Positions 7,214-16,517 of a stretch of DNA of 16,598 nt are shown in pieces. The DNA lies in assembly GCA_013203315.1 (NCBI GenBank), contig JABMQJ010000028.1, positions 1 through 16,598 on the forward strand, read 5' to 3'. This DNA is from Candidatus Omnitrophota bacterium. GTDB taxonomy: Bacteria; Omnitrophota; Gorgyraeia; JABMRN01; RBG-13-46-9. Numbering within the stretch: the stretch's first letter is position 1; every line of letters begins with the position of its first letter. Under the pieces are notes generated by a model. It saw only the letters and a list, made by a program, of their open reading frames with translations. It did not search any database and was not told the origin of the DNA. The translations under genes were made by a program, and so were the position numbers.

Positions 7214-7999
7214 ATGAGTATAATAGAAGCTGTTAAAAAGGGTTTTACGATGAGCGGAAAGCTGCTCAACGTCGTAATCATATTTTTTATTCTTAACGTT
7301 GTCATGGGCCTTGTAAGCCTGCCATTCGCAAGTCCGGAAAACGTGGGAAATCCCGGTGTTGCGGCAATTTCATTTATCTTAAGCTTAGTGTTTTTTGCTA
7401 TTTTCATTTTCTTGCAGGGGGGTGCCCTGGGGCTCACAAGAGACCTCCTCAAAACAGGCGCCTGCAACATATCCAGTTTCGCAAGTTATGGAAAGAAATA
7501 TTATGTAAGAATTCTCGGACTTTTACTGCTTTACGTTTTGGTAGCAGTAGCACTCGTGCTGGTTCTCGGACTAGCCGGAAGCGGGATCCTGGCACTAGCC
7601 AATAACCTCATTACGAGAACTATCGTCGGAGCCATAGCAGGGATTGTCGCGATTGCAGCGATTGTTATACTTCTATTTCCTATTTATGCAATTGTTGCCG
7701 ATGATGCGAGCGTAATGCAGGCATTCAAAAAAGGCACGAAGCTTGGCAAAGAAAATTTCTGGAACATATTAGGGCTTTTCCTTGCACTGGTCGTTATCAG
7801 CGTTGTTATTTCGTTAGTAATCGGGTTCGTAATCGGGCTCATCACTGTCCCGTTGCCATTTGCGGTAACTCAGATAATAATAACCATCGTAAACGGTGCG
7901 GTACAATCTTATATTCCTATTGTCATGATGCTGGCTCTTATGGGTTGTTACTTGGGATTATCAAAAGGCCAAGGCGGCTCACAAACCGGCCCCGCATAG
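7214..7999 (+). CDS. Polytopic Gly/Ala/Val-rich integral membrane protein of unknown function
   Basis: About 6 long hydrophobic segments and a short polar N-terminus. Second ATG chosen because the SD aaggagg is 7 nt upstream. No catalytic motif recognised. Confidence 0.6.
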   Translation: MSIIEAVKKGFTMSGKLLNVVIIFFILNVVMGLVSLPFASPENVGNPGVAAISFILSLVFFAIFIFLQGGALGLTRDLLKTGACNISSFASYGKKYYVRILGLLLLYVLVAVALVLVLGLAGSGILALANNLITRTIVGAIAGIVAIAAIVILLFPIYAIVADDASVMQAFKKGTKLGKENFWNILGLFLALVVISVVISLVIGFVIGLITVPLPFAVTQIIITIVNGAVQSYIPIVMMLALMGCYLGLSKGQGGSQTGPA

Positions 8000-8027
8000 A
8001 CTTCTAAAAGTATAGAAATTCACTAGA

Positions 8028-8600
8028 ATGAAAGACATGCTAGAAATAAGGTGGCATGGCCGGGGCGGCCAGGGCGCTAAGACGGCGTCCCAGTTTTTGG
8101 CTGAATCGGCCTTAGAGCTCGGAAAATCTATCCAGGCATTCCCCGAATACGGCCCTGAGAGGGCCGGCGCTCCTATCCGCACATATACAAGAATAAGCGA
8201 CCACCCGATAAGCATACACTCACCGGTAACCACCCCTGACTTTGTCGTAGTAATAGACCCGACACTCTTAGAAAGTGTAAACGCCGCTGAAGGGTTGAGC
8301 GATAAAGGGGTTTTGGTTGTAAATACCACAGAGGACGTAAGTGCGATACGCCGGAAGGCTAATTTTACAAAGGGTAAAGTAGCCGTTTGCGACGCGACAA
8401 AAATTTCACTGGAGATTCTCGGGATCCCGATGCCGAATACGCCGATGCTGGGCGCGTTACTAAAGGTCGAGCAGATCGTGTCAATTGAGGCGCTGGCAAA
8501 CAACGTGCGAAAGAAATTCATTAAAAAGATCGGCGAAGAAAAAACAGAGGCAAACGTAAAAGCGATAAAGCGCGCCTTTGAAGAAACGAAAATAGGATAA
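8028..8600 (+). CDS. porG: Pyruvate:ferredoxin oxidoreductase gamma subunit
   Basis: IRWHGRGGQGAKTASQFLAE...PEYGPERAGAP..T.RISD is the canonical POR gamma signature. Confidence 0.85.
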   Translation: MKDMLEIRWHGRGGQGAKTASQFLAESALELGKSIQAFPEYGPERAGAPIRTYTRISDHPISIHSPVTTPDFVVVIDPTLLESVNAAEGLSDKGVLVVNTTEDVSAIRRKANFTKGKVAVCDATKISLEILGIPMPNTPMLGALLKVEQIVSIEALANNVRKKFIKKIGEEKTEANVKAIKRAFEETKIG

Positions 8601-8601
8601 G

Positions 8602-8880
8602 ATGGCGAAGAAAAAAGGCTGGAAAGAGATACCGATCGGCGGCCTGATAGACAAAGGTGGCACTGCCAAAGAATATAATACAGGTTCGTGGAGAACCTTT
8701 AAACCTATTGTAGATCAATCAAAATGTATAAACTGCCTTCAGTGCTGGATATATTGTCCTGATTCGTCCGTTATCGTAAAAGACGGAAAAATGGAAGGCT
8801 TTGACTACGAGCACTGCAAGGGTTGCGGCATATGTGCGAGCATTTGCCCCGTGAAATGCATAAAAATGGAAAGAGAATAG
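8602..8880 (+). CDS. porD: Pyruvate:ferredoxin oxidoreductase delta subunit (2x[4Fe-4S] ferredoxin)
   Basis: CINCLQCWIYCP and CKGCGICASICP cluster motifs; starts 1 nt after the porG stop. Confidence 0.85.
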   Translation: MAKKKGWKEIPIGGLIDKGGTAKEYNTGSWRTFKPIVDQSKCINCLQCWIYCPDSSVIVKDGKMEGFDYEHCKGCGICASICPVKCIKMERE

Positions 8881-8897
8881 TGGAGACGGAAGTAAAA

Positions 8898-10085
8898 ATG
8901 GCGACACAGAAGTTAGTACCGCTAACAGGGGACCAGGCCGTAGCCGAAGCGATGAGGCAGATCGAGCCGGACGTTGTCGCAGCTTACCCGATTACGCCGC
9001 AGACAGAAATCGTCATGAATTTTTCGCAGTTTGTAGCAGACGGCAAAGTGCAGACTGAATTAATACCCGTTGAATCCGAACACAGCGCCATGAGTGCCTG
9101 TGTCGGTTCAGCTGCAGCGGGCGCACGCACGATGACAGCAACCTCCGCGAACGGCCTTGCGCTTATGTGGGAAATCGTCTACATCGCCGCTTCGACACGT
9201 TTACCTATAGTTATGCCTGTTGTAAACAGAGCCCTCTCGGGCCCGATAAACATACACTGCGATCACTCCGACACCATGGGCGCCAGAGACTCCGGCTGGT
9301 TGCAGGTTTTTTCCGAGAGCGCGCAAGAAGCTTATGAGAACACCATTGTAGCGATTAGAATAGCTGAACACAAAAAGATTCTTTTACCGTGCATGGTATG
9401 CCAGGACGGATTTATAACAAGCCACGCTGTTGAAGGTATAGAATTATTCCCGGACGATAAAGTTAAAAAGTTCATAGGCGAGTATACAATAGAGCATAGT
9501 TTGCTTGATATGGATAATCCTGTGACTTACGGGCCCATAGACCTGCAGGACTTTTATTTTGAACACAAACGTCAACAGGCCGAGGCCATGAAGGGCGCGC
9601 TAACGATTATTCCGGAAGTTTTAGCGGAATTCAATAAAACATTCAACCGAAATCACGATCTACTCGAAGAATACAAGCTTAGCGATGCCGACATAGCGAT
9701 AGTTGCTACAAGTTCGACCGCAGGCACAGTAAAAGCAACGATAGATGAGCTCAGAAAACAGGGCATGAAAGTCGGTCTTCTAAAGCCAAGGTTCTTCAGG
9801 CCATTCCCGAAAGAAAGATTTGTAAAATCCCTTTCAAATATAAAAGCAATTGCAGTTTTGGATCGAAGCGACTCGTTCTCGGCGCAGGGCGGGCCATGGT
9901 TCAGTGAAATTAAAGCTGCGCTTTACGAATCGAAAAAACAACCCTTGATCACAAATTATATATTTGGGCTCGGCGGCCGCGATATTTTTCCCGAGAATAT
10001 AAAAAAGGTATATAGCGACTTAGAGGCGATTAAAAAAGCAGGTAAAGTTAAATCGCTGGTTAATTATTTAGGCGTAAGAGACTAA
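8898..10085 (+). CDS. porA: Pyruvate:ferredoxin oxidoreductase alpha subunit
   Basis: MATQKLVPLTGDQAVAEAMRQIEPDVVAAYPITPQTEIV N-terminus typical of PorA. ATG at 8898 has RBS ggagacgga. The track's 8823 start would overlap porD in another frame. Confidence 0.85.
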   Translation: MATQKLVPLTGDQAVAEAMRQIEPDVVAAYPITPQTEIVMNFSQFVADGKVQTELIPVESEHSAMSACVGSAAAGARTMTATSANGLALMWEIVYIAASTRLPIVMPVVNRALSGPINIHCDHSDTMGARDSGWLQVFSESAQEAYENTIVAIRIAEHKKILLPCMVCQDGFITSHAVEGIELFPDDKVKKFIGEYTIEHSLLDMDNPVTYGPIDLQDFYFEHKRQQAEAMKGALTIIPEVLAEFNKTFNRNHDLLEEYKLSDADIAIVATSSTAGTVKATIDELRKQGMKVGLLKPRFFRPFPKERFVKSLSNIKAIAVLDRSDSFSAQGGPWFSEIKAALYESKKQPLITNYIFGLGGRDIFPENIKKVYSDLEAIKKAGKVKSLVNYLGVRD

Positions 10086-11011
10086 TGGCTAATATAAAAG
10101 AATTATCAAAGATCCCGGAGCGCTTAACAGGCGGGCACAGGCTTTGTTCAGGTTGCGGGGCCTCTATTGCGGTAAGACAAGTTCTCATGGGGACAACCTC
10201 GCCTGTTGTCGTGGGCGCATCAACCGGCTGCCTTGAAGTCGCAACGACCATATATCCTTATACTGCCTGGAATACACCTTTCATCCATAACGCGTTTGAA
10301 AACGTAGCCGCGACGATAAGCGGCGTGGAAACAGCTTACCGCGCTTTGAAAAAACAGGGCAAAATTAAAAAAGACATTAAATTCGTTGCCTTTGGCGGCG
10401 ACGGCGGAACATATGATATCGGGCTTCAATCGCTATCAGGCGCGCTTGAAAGAGGCCATAACTTTGTATACGTCTGCTATGACAACGAAGGCTATATGAA
10501 CACCGGTATCCAGCGCTCGAGCGCGACACCGACAGGGGCCTCGACTACAACGGCCCCCGCGGGTAAAGAAAGCTACGGAAAACCGCAGTTAAGGAAAGAT
10601 CTTACCGCGATCGTAGCCGCGCATAACATACCTTACGTCGCCCAGGCGTGTATTTCGAACTGGAACGACCTTGTAGCGAAATCACAAAAGGCCTTTGCCG
10701 TAGACGGCCCGGCGTTCTTAAACGTCCTGGCACTCTGCCATAGAGGCTGGCGTTCTCCTGCGGCCGATGCGATCAAGATCTCCAAGTTAGCAATAGATAC
10801 AGGCTTCTGGCCGTTAATAGAATATGAAAACAAAAAGTGGCGCTTTACCTATAAACCGAAAGAAAGAAAGCCCGTCGTAGAATTTTTAAAAACACAGGGC
10901 CGATTCAAACACCTCTTCAAAGAGCAGAATAAGCCCGTCTTAGAGCAAATCCAAAGAGACATCGATGCCCACTGGACCTATCTCGAAAAGCTCGTCCAAG
11001 TCACATCCTAA
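10085..11011 (+). CDS. porB: Pyruvate:ferredoxin oxidoreductase beta subunit (TPP-binding)
   Basis: CSGCG...FGGDGGTYDIG TPP/Mg motif; start overlaps the porA stop (taATGg). Confidence 0.85.
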   Translation: MANIKELSKIPERLTGGHRLCSGCGASIAVRQVLMGTTSPVVVGASTGCLEVATTIYPYTAWNTPFIHNAFENVAATISGVETAYRALKKQGKIKKDIKFVAFGGDGGTYDIGLQSLSGALERGHNFVYVCYDNEGYMNTGIQRSSATPTGASTTTAPAGKESYGKPQLRKDLTAIVAAHNIPYVAQACISNWNDLVAKSQKAFAVDGPAFLNVLALCHRGWRSPAADAIKISKLAIDTGFWPLIEYENKKWRFTYKPKERKPVVEFLKTQGRFKHLFKEQNKPVLEQIQRDIDAHWTYLEKLVQVTS

Positions 11012-11032
11012 AGCGCGCTCTAAAACTTACCC

Positions 11033-11062
11033 TTTACAAGCCACAAGATAGCGATATATAAT
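11033..11062 (+). promoter_or_regulatory. Sigma70-like promoter for the MscS gene
   Basis: TTTACA, 18-nt spacer, perfect TATAAT (11057-11062); RBS aaggaga at 11087-11093. Confidence 0.5.
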
Positions 11063-11100
11063 ATAACAGTCGTATAGCTCAAAAATAAGGAGAACAAACT

Positions 11101-12156
11101 ATGTTTCAAGATATGCTAGAGAACGTATTTTTAGGAAATCGTGTTTTGGACTATTTAATATGCTTAGGGGTATTCCTGGGATGCTTTATAGTCATTCAAA
11201 TCATACGGTTAGTTGTTATAAAACGCCTCAAGAAATGGGCGGAAAAAACCACTACCACTATCGACGATCTTGTAATTCGCATCATCCAGAAGATCATTGT
11301 TCCGATAGCGTATATGGGTGTTTTATATGTAAGCGTTAATACCTTGACCCTCGATTCCATGGCAGAAAAAGCCGTAAATATAATAGCTACGGCCTTTCTT
11401 ACAGTGTTTTCAGCTCGCCTGGCTATCATCCTGACAACCGAAGGCTTTGCCATGTATTTGGCGAAAAAAGGAAAGACTGCATCCCTGGAAAGAAGCTTGA
11501 AAGGCATCACGGGCATATTAAAGATAATCATATGGGGCCTGGCGGTTACTTTCTTTCTGGATAATCTTGGATTTAAAATATCAGCAGTTATAGCGGGGCT
11601 CGGCATAGGCGGCGTGGCAGTAGCATTAGCAGCGCAAGCTGTCCTGGGGGACCTATTCAGTTACTTTGCGATAGTATTTGACCGCCCGTTTGAAATAGGG
11701 GATTTCATAATAATAGGGGACTACCTGGGAGTCATAGAGCACATAGGAATAAAAACAACACGTATAAGAAGCCTCGGCGGGGAACAGCTTATCTTTTCCA
11801 ACACGGACCTTACAAATTCAAGGGTACGTAACTATAAAAGAATGCAAAAAAGAAGGGTTGTTTTTAAGCTCGGCGTTACATATCAAACCCCGCTCGCTAA
11901 GTTAAAAGCCATTCCCGGCATGATCGAAAAAATAATAAAAAACGTTAAAGATACCGTATTCGACCGCGCACACTTTTCTACATACGGCGATTTTAATCTT
12001 GTGATCGAAGTCGTTTATTACGTTTTAAGCTCGGATTATAATAAATACATGGACACCCAGCAACAGATCAATTTTGCCATAAAAGAAGAGTTTGAAAAAG
12101 AAAAAATCGAATTCGCATATCCTACTCAAACGTTATACATGGATAAAGCCGCCTAA
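11101..12156 (+). CDS. Small-conductance mechanosensitive channel, MscS family
   Basis: Pore-helix GLGIGGVAVALAAQ followed by the β-domain FEIGDFIIIGDYLGVIEHIGIKTTRIRSLGGEQLIFSNTDL. Confidence 0.9.
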   Translation: MFQDMLENVFLGNRVLDYLICLGVFLGCFIVIQIIRLVVIKRLKKWAEKTTTTIDDLVIRIIQKIIVPIAYMGVLYVSVNTLTLDSMAEKAVNIIATAFLTVFSARLAIILTTEGFAMYLAKKGKTASLERSLKGITGILKIIIWGLAVTFFLDNLGFKISAVIAGLGIGGVAVALAAQAVLGDLFSYFAIVFDRPFEIGDFIIIGDYLGVIEHIGIKTTRIRSLGGEQLIFSNTDLTNSRVRNYKRMQKRRVVFKLGVTYQTPLAKLKAIPGMIEKIIKNVKDTVFDRAHFSTYGDFNLVIEVVYYVLSSDYNKYMDTQQQINFAIKEEFEKEKIEFAYPTQTLYMDKAA

Positions 12157-12161
12157 GAGAA

Positions 12162-13094
12162 ATGAAAATTTTCATAACAGGGGCAACCGGTTTTATCGGG
12201 GGACATTTTGCAAGGCGGATGGCCGGTAACGGCCACGAGGTAATCTGCGGCGGACGATCACCCGCAAAACTAAACTCTCTTCCCAAGGAATATAATCCTG
12301 TCCGCATATACCTGGAGCACAAAGAAACGATCTCCCGCGTATTAAAAAAAGAGCATCCGGACATCGTTTGCCACGCCGCCGCGTTAGTCGAAAGTAACTC
12401 CCTCGAGAACCTCCGACGGGTAAATGTAGACGGTACAAAGAATGTCCTGGACGCCTGCCTTGCATTTGGCATAAAGAAAGTAATATACGTAAGCTCTGTA
12501 GCCGTAATAAGCGGCAATAAAGAAGTTCCTCTAACAGATGATTTACCCTACAAAGCCACAAACGCATACGGCCAGTCCAAAGCGGAAGCTGAAAAAGTAG
12601 CTATTGCCTATAGAAAAAAAGGCCTAAAAATAGCAATTTTAAGGCCGTGCATAGTTTATGGCGAAGATGAGCCGCACGCGCTACATATTTTAATAAAATG
12701 GCTAAAACAGAGAACGCTTCCTATTTTCGGCGAAGGGGACAATAAACTTCAGCTTGTTTCCGTGGAGAATGTGGTAGATGTAATGGCTCTTTGTCTTTCA
12801 AGAGAAGAGGCATACGAGGGAACGTATCTTATCGCTGATAAAGAAATGTTGAGCGTAAAAGAGCTATTTTATTGTATTACCCGGGCAATAGGGGCCAAGA
12901 GCCCTATTCATGTTCCTCGGATATTTGTAGAGCTTTTTGTGAAGTTACCCGTAATAGGTAGAAGGGCATCTTTTTTCCTAAAAGATAGAACCTATAGTAT
13001 CGGTCGAATTAAAGAAAAACTCGGATACGTTCCGCGCGTTTCTACTTGCGATGGGATTAAAAAAGCAGTATTATCATATGGGAAAGGCAGGTAA
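12162..13094 (+). CDS. NAD-dependent epimerase/dehydratase (extended SDR)
   Basis: IFITGATGFIGGHF Rossmann motif and YGQSKAEAE catalytic YxxxK. Confidence 0.8.
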   Translation: MKIFITGATGFIGGHFARRMAGNGHEVICGGRSPAKLNSLPKEYNPVRIYLEHKETISRVLKKEHPDIVCHAAALVESNSLENLRRVNVDGTKNVLDACLAFGIKKVIYVSSVAVISGNKEVPLTDDLPYKATNAYGQSKAEAEKVAIAYRKKGLKIAILRPCIVYGEDEPHALHILIKWLKQRTLPIFGEGDNKLQLVSVENVVDVMALCLSREEAYEGTYLIADKEMLSVKELFYCITRAIGAKSPIHVPRIFVELFVKLPVIGRRASFFLKDRTYSIGRIKEKLGYVPRVSTCDGIKKAVLSYGKGR

Positions 13095-13097
13095 CTC

Positions 13098-13571
13098 ATG
13101 GCAAAGGTATTAATTACATATTATTCAAGTTCCGGCAACACCAAGGCGATGGCTCAGAAAATAGAAGCGACAATAAAAAAAGAAGGCGTCGAAACCGTCT
13201 TAAAAAAAGTAGAAGACGTTGATGCGGGTAATCTCATATCTTACGACGGCATCGTTATAGGTTCACCTACCTACTACGGCACCATGGCCTGGCAGGTGAA
13301 GAAATTACTCGACGAGAGCATATGCCATCACGGCAGCTTAAAAGGTAAGGTAGGTGGCGCCTTCTCCTCCGCGGCAAACGTAGGCGGCGGCAACGAAACC
13401 ACTATAAATGATATACTAAACGCGCTTCTCATCCACGGCATGATTATACAGGGTGAGCCAAAAGGCGACCACTACGGGCCCGTTGCGATAGGTGCGCCTG
13501 ATAAGCGTTCTCTAGACTGCTGCGAGCGTCTCGGTAAAAACATAGCAGACCTTGTAAAGAAAGTATCATAA
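13098..13571 (+). CDS. Flavodoxin-fold FMN protein (WrbA/NAD(P)H:quinone oxidoreductase-like)
   Basis: YYSSSGNTKAMA phosphate-binding loop, GSPTYYGTMAWQVK, GGAFSS...GGGNETT. Confidence 0.75.
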   Translation: MAKVLITYYSSSGNTKAMAQKIEATIKKEGVETVLKKVEDVDAGNLISYDGIVIGSPTYYGTMAWQVKKLLDESICHHGSLKGKVGGAFSSAANVGGGNETTINDILNALLIHGMIIQGEPKGDHYGPVAIGAPDKRSLDCCERLGKNIADLVKKVS

Positions 13572-13574
13572 TAC

Positions 13575-15500
13575 ATGATATACGACCCGTTTCAAGAAAA
13601 AGCCATAAACTACATAAAAGAGGGCCATTCGGTCATCGTCTCTGCCCCTACGGGCGCGGGAAAAACCGTCATAGCCGAATACGTCATAAACGATTGCCTC
13701 GAGAATAATAAAAAAGCAGTTTACACAGCCCCCATAAAAGCCCTCTCAAACCAGAAATTCCGTGAGTTCACGGCAGGATTCCCGGGGAAAATAGGAATCT
13801 TAACAGGTGACGTTAGCATAAACGCGGATGCGCCTATCCTTATCATGACCACGGAAATATTCCGCAATAAAATTCTCGAGGAAAGTGAAAGCCTGAAAGA
13901 CTATTCCTGGATAATATTCGACGAGATACATTATCTCGACGATTACGAGCGCGGCACGGTCTGGGAGGAGTCGCTTATATTTTTACCAAAACACATGAAG
14001 ATGTTAGCGCTTTCAGCTACAATACCGAACATAGATAAATTCGCCGAATGGATACATTCAATTCATAAAAAGCCTTTAAAAATCGTAAAAGAAGATCATA
14101 GGCCCGTTCCGCTTCACTTTTTTTACCAATGCCAGGGAAAAGTTGTAGATAGCCTCTCTAGAGTTGGAAATCTCGGGCATGACAGAATGAAATTCTATTA
14201 TCATCGCGGACGCAGATTTGCTAAAAAGGAACATCTCAAGCCCAATAAACCGACATCTTTAATCAAACACCTTCTTGACAATGACCGCCTGCCGTGTATA
14301 TATTTTTGTTTCGGAAGAAGACGTTGCGAATACCTCGCTGAGGAAATGTACAATTTCGATTTCCTGAATGCCGAGGAGAAAATTAAAATAAAGGCAAACT
14401 TTCATGAGCTCTGCAAGAAGTTTGACCTCACCAATGAAAAAAGAGCCCTCATGCTGGAACCCCTTATCGAAAGGGGCATCGCATATCATCACGCGGGAAT
14501 GCTTCCCACACTAAAAGAGGTTGTTGAAAGGCTTTTTACATCAAGGCTCATAAAGGTAATATTCACAACCGAAACTTTCGCGCTCGGGATAAACATGCCG
14601 GCGAGAACGGTTGCCTTTGATGAACTCAGGAAATTCTACGGCAGGTTTTTCAGCAACCTTAAAACGCGCGATTTTTATCAGATGGCGGGAAGGGCCGGAC
14701 GCAGGGGTATAGATACGGAAGGCTTTGTTTACAGCCGCGTGAATCCGCACGAGGTAACTTATGACGAACTGAAAAGAATGATATACGGCGAGCCCGAAAT
14801 GGTCCGCTCGCGATTTAACGTATCTTACGCTACCGTATTAAATCTCTATGAAAAATACAGTGAAAAAATTTACAACATATACCCGTATTCGTTTCATTAC
14901 TTCCAGGAGAAGAAAAAGCTCCACGATAGGGCGCTCGGGCTCATGCGGTCAAAAGTAGAAATCTTAAAAGAACTAAATTATATAAAAGAAAACCGCCTTA
15001 CAAGAAAAGGCAGTTTCGCTGCCAATATTTACGGTTATGAACTTTCACTCTCGGAGCTCTACGAAAAGAATGCGCTTGAATACCTTTCCCCGAAAGAGCT
15101 CGGCATCCTGGCCCTTGCGCTTGTTTTTGAACCGCGCCCCGGCTGCCAAAAGCCGCAACTAAGCAAAGCGGCTAAGGGCCTGCAAAATATTACGGAAAAA
15201 ACAGTAAAAGACATCCAGAAAGTAGAAAAAAAATACGGCATAATGCCGCCAAGTAAAGCCTACCACTTTCATCTTTCACCGTGCCTTGAGGCATGGATGG
15301 ACGGCGCAGAGTTCTCAAAGATTTTGCGTTTCAGCGTGGCGGATGAGGGAGGGGTAATACGCTACTTCAGAATGGCGATCCAAATCCTGCGTGAAATAAT
15401 GGACGTAAGGGTTTCCGAGACACTTAAGGACAATATCAAAAAAGCCCTCGAGCTCATAAACCGCGACATAATCGACGCTGAAAAGCAGCTGCGTACTTAA
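13575..15500 (+). CDS. Ski2-like DExH-box (superfamily 2) helicase
   Basis: Q motif FQEKAI. Motif I APTGAGKT. Motif II FDEIHY. Motif III SAT. HHAGM, characteristic of the Ski2/Hel308/HelY family. Motif V TETFALGINMPART. Motif VI QMAGRAGRRG. Confidence 0.85.
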   Translation: MIYDPFQEKAINYIKEGHSVIVSAPTGAGKTVIAEYVINDCLENNKKAVYTAPIKALSNQKFREFTAGFPGKIGILTGDVSINADAPILIMTTEIFRNKILEESESLKDYSWIIFDEIHYLDDYERGTVWEESLIFLPKHMKMLALSATIPNIDKFAEWIHSIHKKPLKIVKEDHRPVPLHFFYQCQGKVVDSLSRVGNLGHDRMKFYYHRGRRFAKKEHLKPNKPTSLIKHLLDNDRLPCIYFCFGRRRCEYLAEEMYNFDFLNAEEKIKIKANFHELCKKFDLTNEKRALMLEPLIERGIAYHHAGMLPTLKEVVERLFTSRLIKVIFTTETFALGINMPARTVAFDELRKFYGRFFSNLKTRDFYQMAGRAGRRGIDTEGFVYSRVNPHEVTYDELKRMIYGEPEMVRSRFNVSYATVLNLYEKYSEKIYNIYPYSFHYFQEKKKLHDRALGLMRSKVEILKELNYIKENRLTRKGSFAANIYGYELSLSELYEKNALEYLSPKELGILALALVFEPRPGCQKPQLSKAAKGLQNITEKTVKDIQKVEKKYGIMPPSKAYHFHLSPCLEAWMDGAEFSKILRFSVADEGGVIRYFRMAIQILREIMDVRVSETLKDNIKKALELINRDIIDAEKQLRT

Positions 15501-15505
15501 AGAGG

Positions 15506-16252
15506 TTAGAAGAAAGCGAGCTTTATCGCCATGGCGATTATCGCTACGACAAGTATCGCGCGTATCCACCTGTCACCCTTGGCGATCGCAAAATTACTTC
15601 CAAAATAAGCACCTATTGCGTTACCGGTGGCGAGGGCAAGGCCCATCGGAAGATTGATTTTCCCGTTCACTATAAAAATCGTAAGTGAAAAAATCATGTA
15701 AATAAGGACGACAAATACCTTTAAGGCGTTGATCCTGACCAGCGACAGCCCCGTCATGAGAGATAATGTCGCGATAATAATAAATCCTACACCCGCCTGC
15801 ACAAATCCCCCGTAAATCCCTATGAAGAAAAACGCTATCATGGCGAGGATTCTTTTCTTCAGGCCTACATTCTCGAAAGCCTTCTCTATTTTACTTCTTG
15901 GATTTATAATAATTACAGCGAGCATAACCATCATTGCGAAGGATAGGATGAGCTTAAACGTCCTGTCCGGCAGAGATATGACGATGCTTGACCCGATTGC
16001 AGCGCCTATCAGGGCGGGTATGGCAAGCTCCAGGCCGAATTTCCAGTCGAATATGCCTTTTTTCTTGAAGTTTGTTGTAGCAGAAATTGCCCCGAATAAT
16101 ATAGCGAGCCTGTTAGTGCCATTAGCGACAGCCGAAGGCAGGCCCAAGAAGATCAGCATCGGCAGCGTAAGAAGTGACCCCCCACCGGCGTTTGTGTTAA
16201 TAAACCCCGTCACTACTCCGACGACTAATATTAACAGTAGTTTAGGTAGCAT
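15506..16252 (-). CDS. TauE/SafE-family (DUF81) anion exporter membrane protein
   Basis: Two-repeat 4+4 TM architecture with GxxxG-rich helices. MLPKLLLILVVGVVTGFINTNAGGGSLLTLPMLIFLGLP is typical of the family. RBS aagga lies 9 nt before the ATG. Confidence 0.8.
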   Translation of the reverse strand: MLPKLLLILVVGVVTGFINTNAGGGSLLTLPMLIFLGLPSAVANGTNRLAILFGAISATTNFKKKGIFDWKFGLELAIPALIGAAIGSSIVISLPDRTFKLILSFAMMVMLAVIIINPRSKIEKAFENVGLKKRILAMIAFFFIGIYGGFVQAGVGFIIIATLSLMTGLSLVRINALKVFVVLIYMIFSLTIFIVNGKINLPMGLALATGNAIGAYFGSNFAIAKGDRWIRAILVVAIIAMAIKLAFF

Positions 16253-16317
16253 GCTTTGTCCTTTTTGAAATTATAGCACTTAAAACAATAAATCCAAAGC
16301 GAAATCCGCAAAATGCG

Positions 16318-16346
16318 TTGAAAAATACGCCTTCTTATGGTAGACT
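16318..16346 (+). promoter_or_regulatory. Candidate promoter for tRNA-Asn
   Basis: TTGAAA, 17-nt spacer, TAGACT; the tRNA 5' end is 23 nt downstream. Confidence 0.4.
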
Positions 16347-16369
16347 TTACCACACAGTTCTTTAAATAT

Positions 16370-16445
16370 TCCCCGGTAGCTCAGTTGGTAGAGCGGATGG
16401 CTGTTAACCATTAGGTCGTTGGTTCGAGTCCAACCCGGGGAGCCA
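16370..16445 (+). tRNA. tRNA-Asn (anticodon GTT), CCA encoded
   Basis: Acceptor stem TCCCCGG/CCGGGGA. D-arm GCTCAGTTGGTAGAGC. Anticodon arm GATGG-CTGTTAA-CCATT. T-arm GTTGG-TTCGAGT-CCAAC. Discriminator G plus CCA. Confidence 0.9.
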
Positions 16446-16483
16446 ATTTAATAGCTCGAACACAAGTTCGAGATAGAAACTAA

Positions 16484-16517
16484 GGCCCAATTGCAGAAAT
16501 GTAACTGGGCCTTTTCT
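16484..16517 (+). terminator. Possible rho-independent terminator after the tRNA
   Basis: ggccca ... tgggcc 6-bp GC stem with a long loop, followed by ttttct. A separate 7-bp hairpin ctcgaac-acaa-gttcgag lies at 16455-16472. Confidence 0.4.

Noticed and set aside
8823-8897. Track start for porA overlapping porD
   Set aside because: The ATG at 8898 has an RBS and gives the conserved PorA N-terminus. The longer form would overlap porD by 58 nt.
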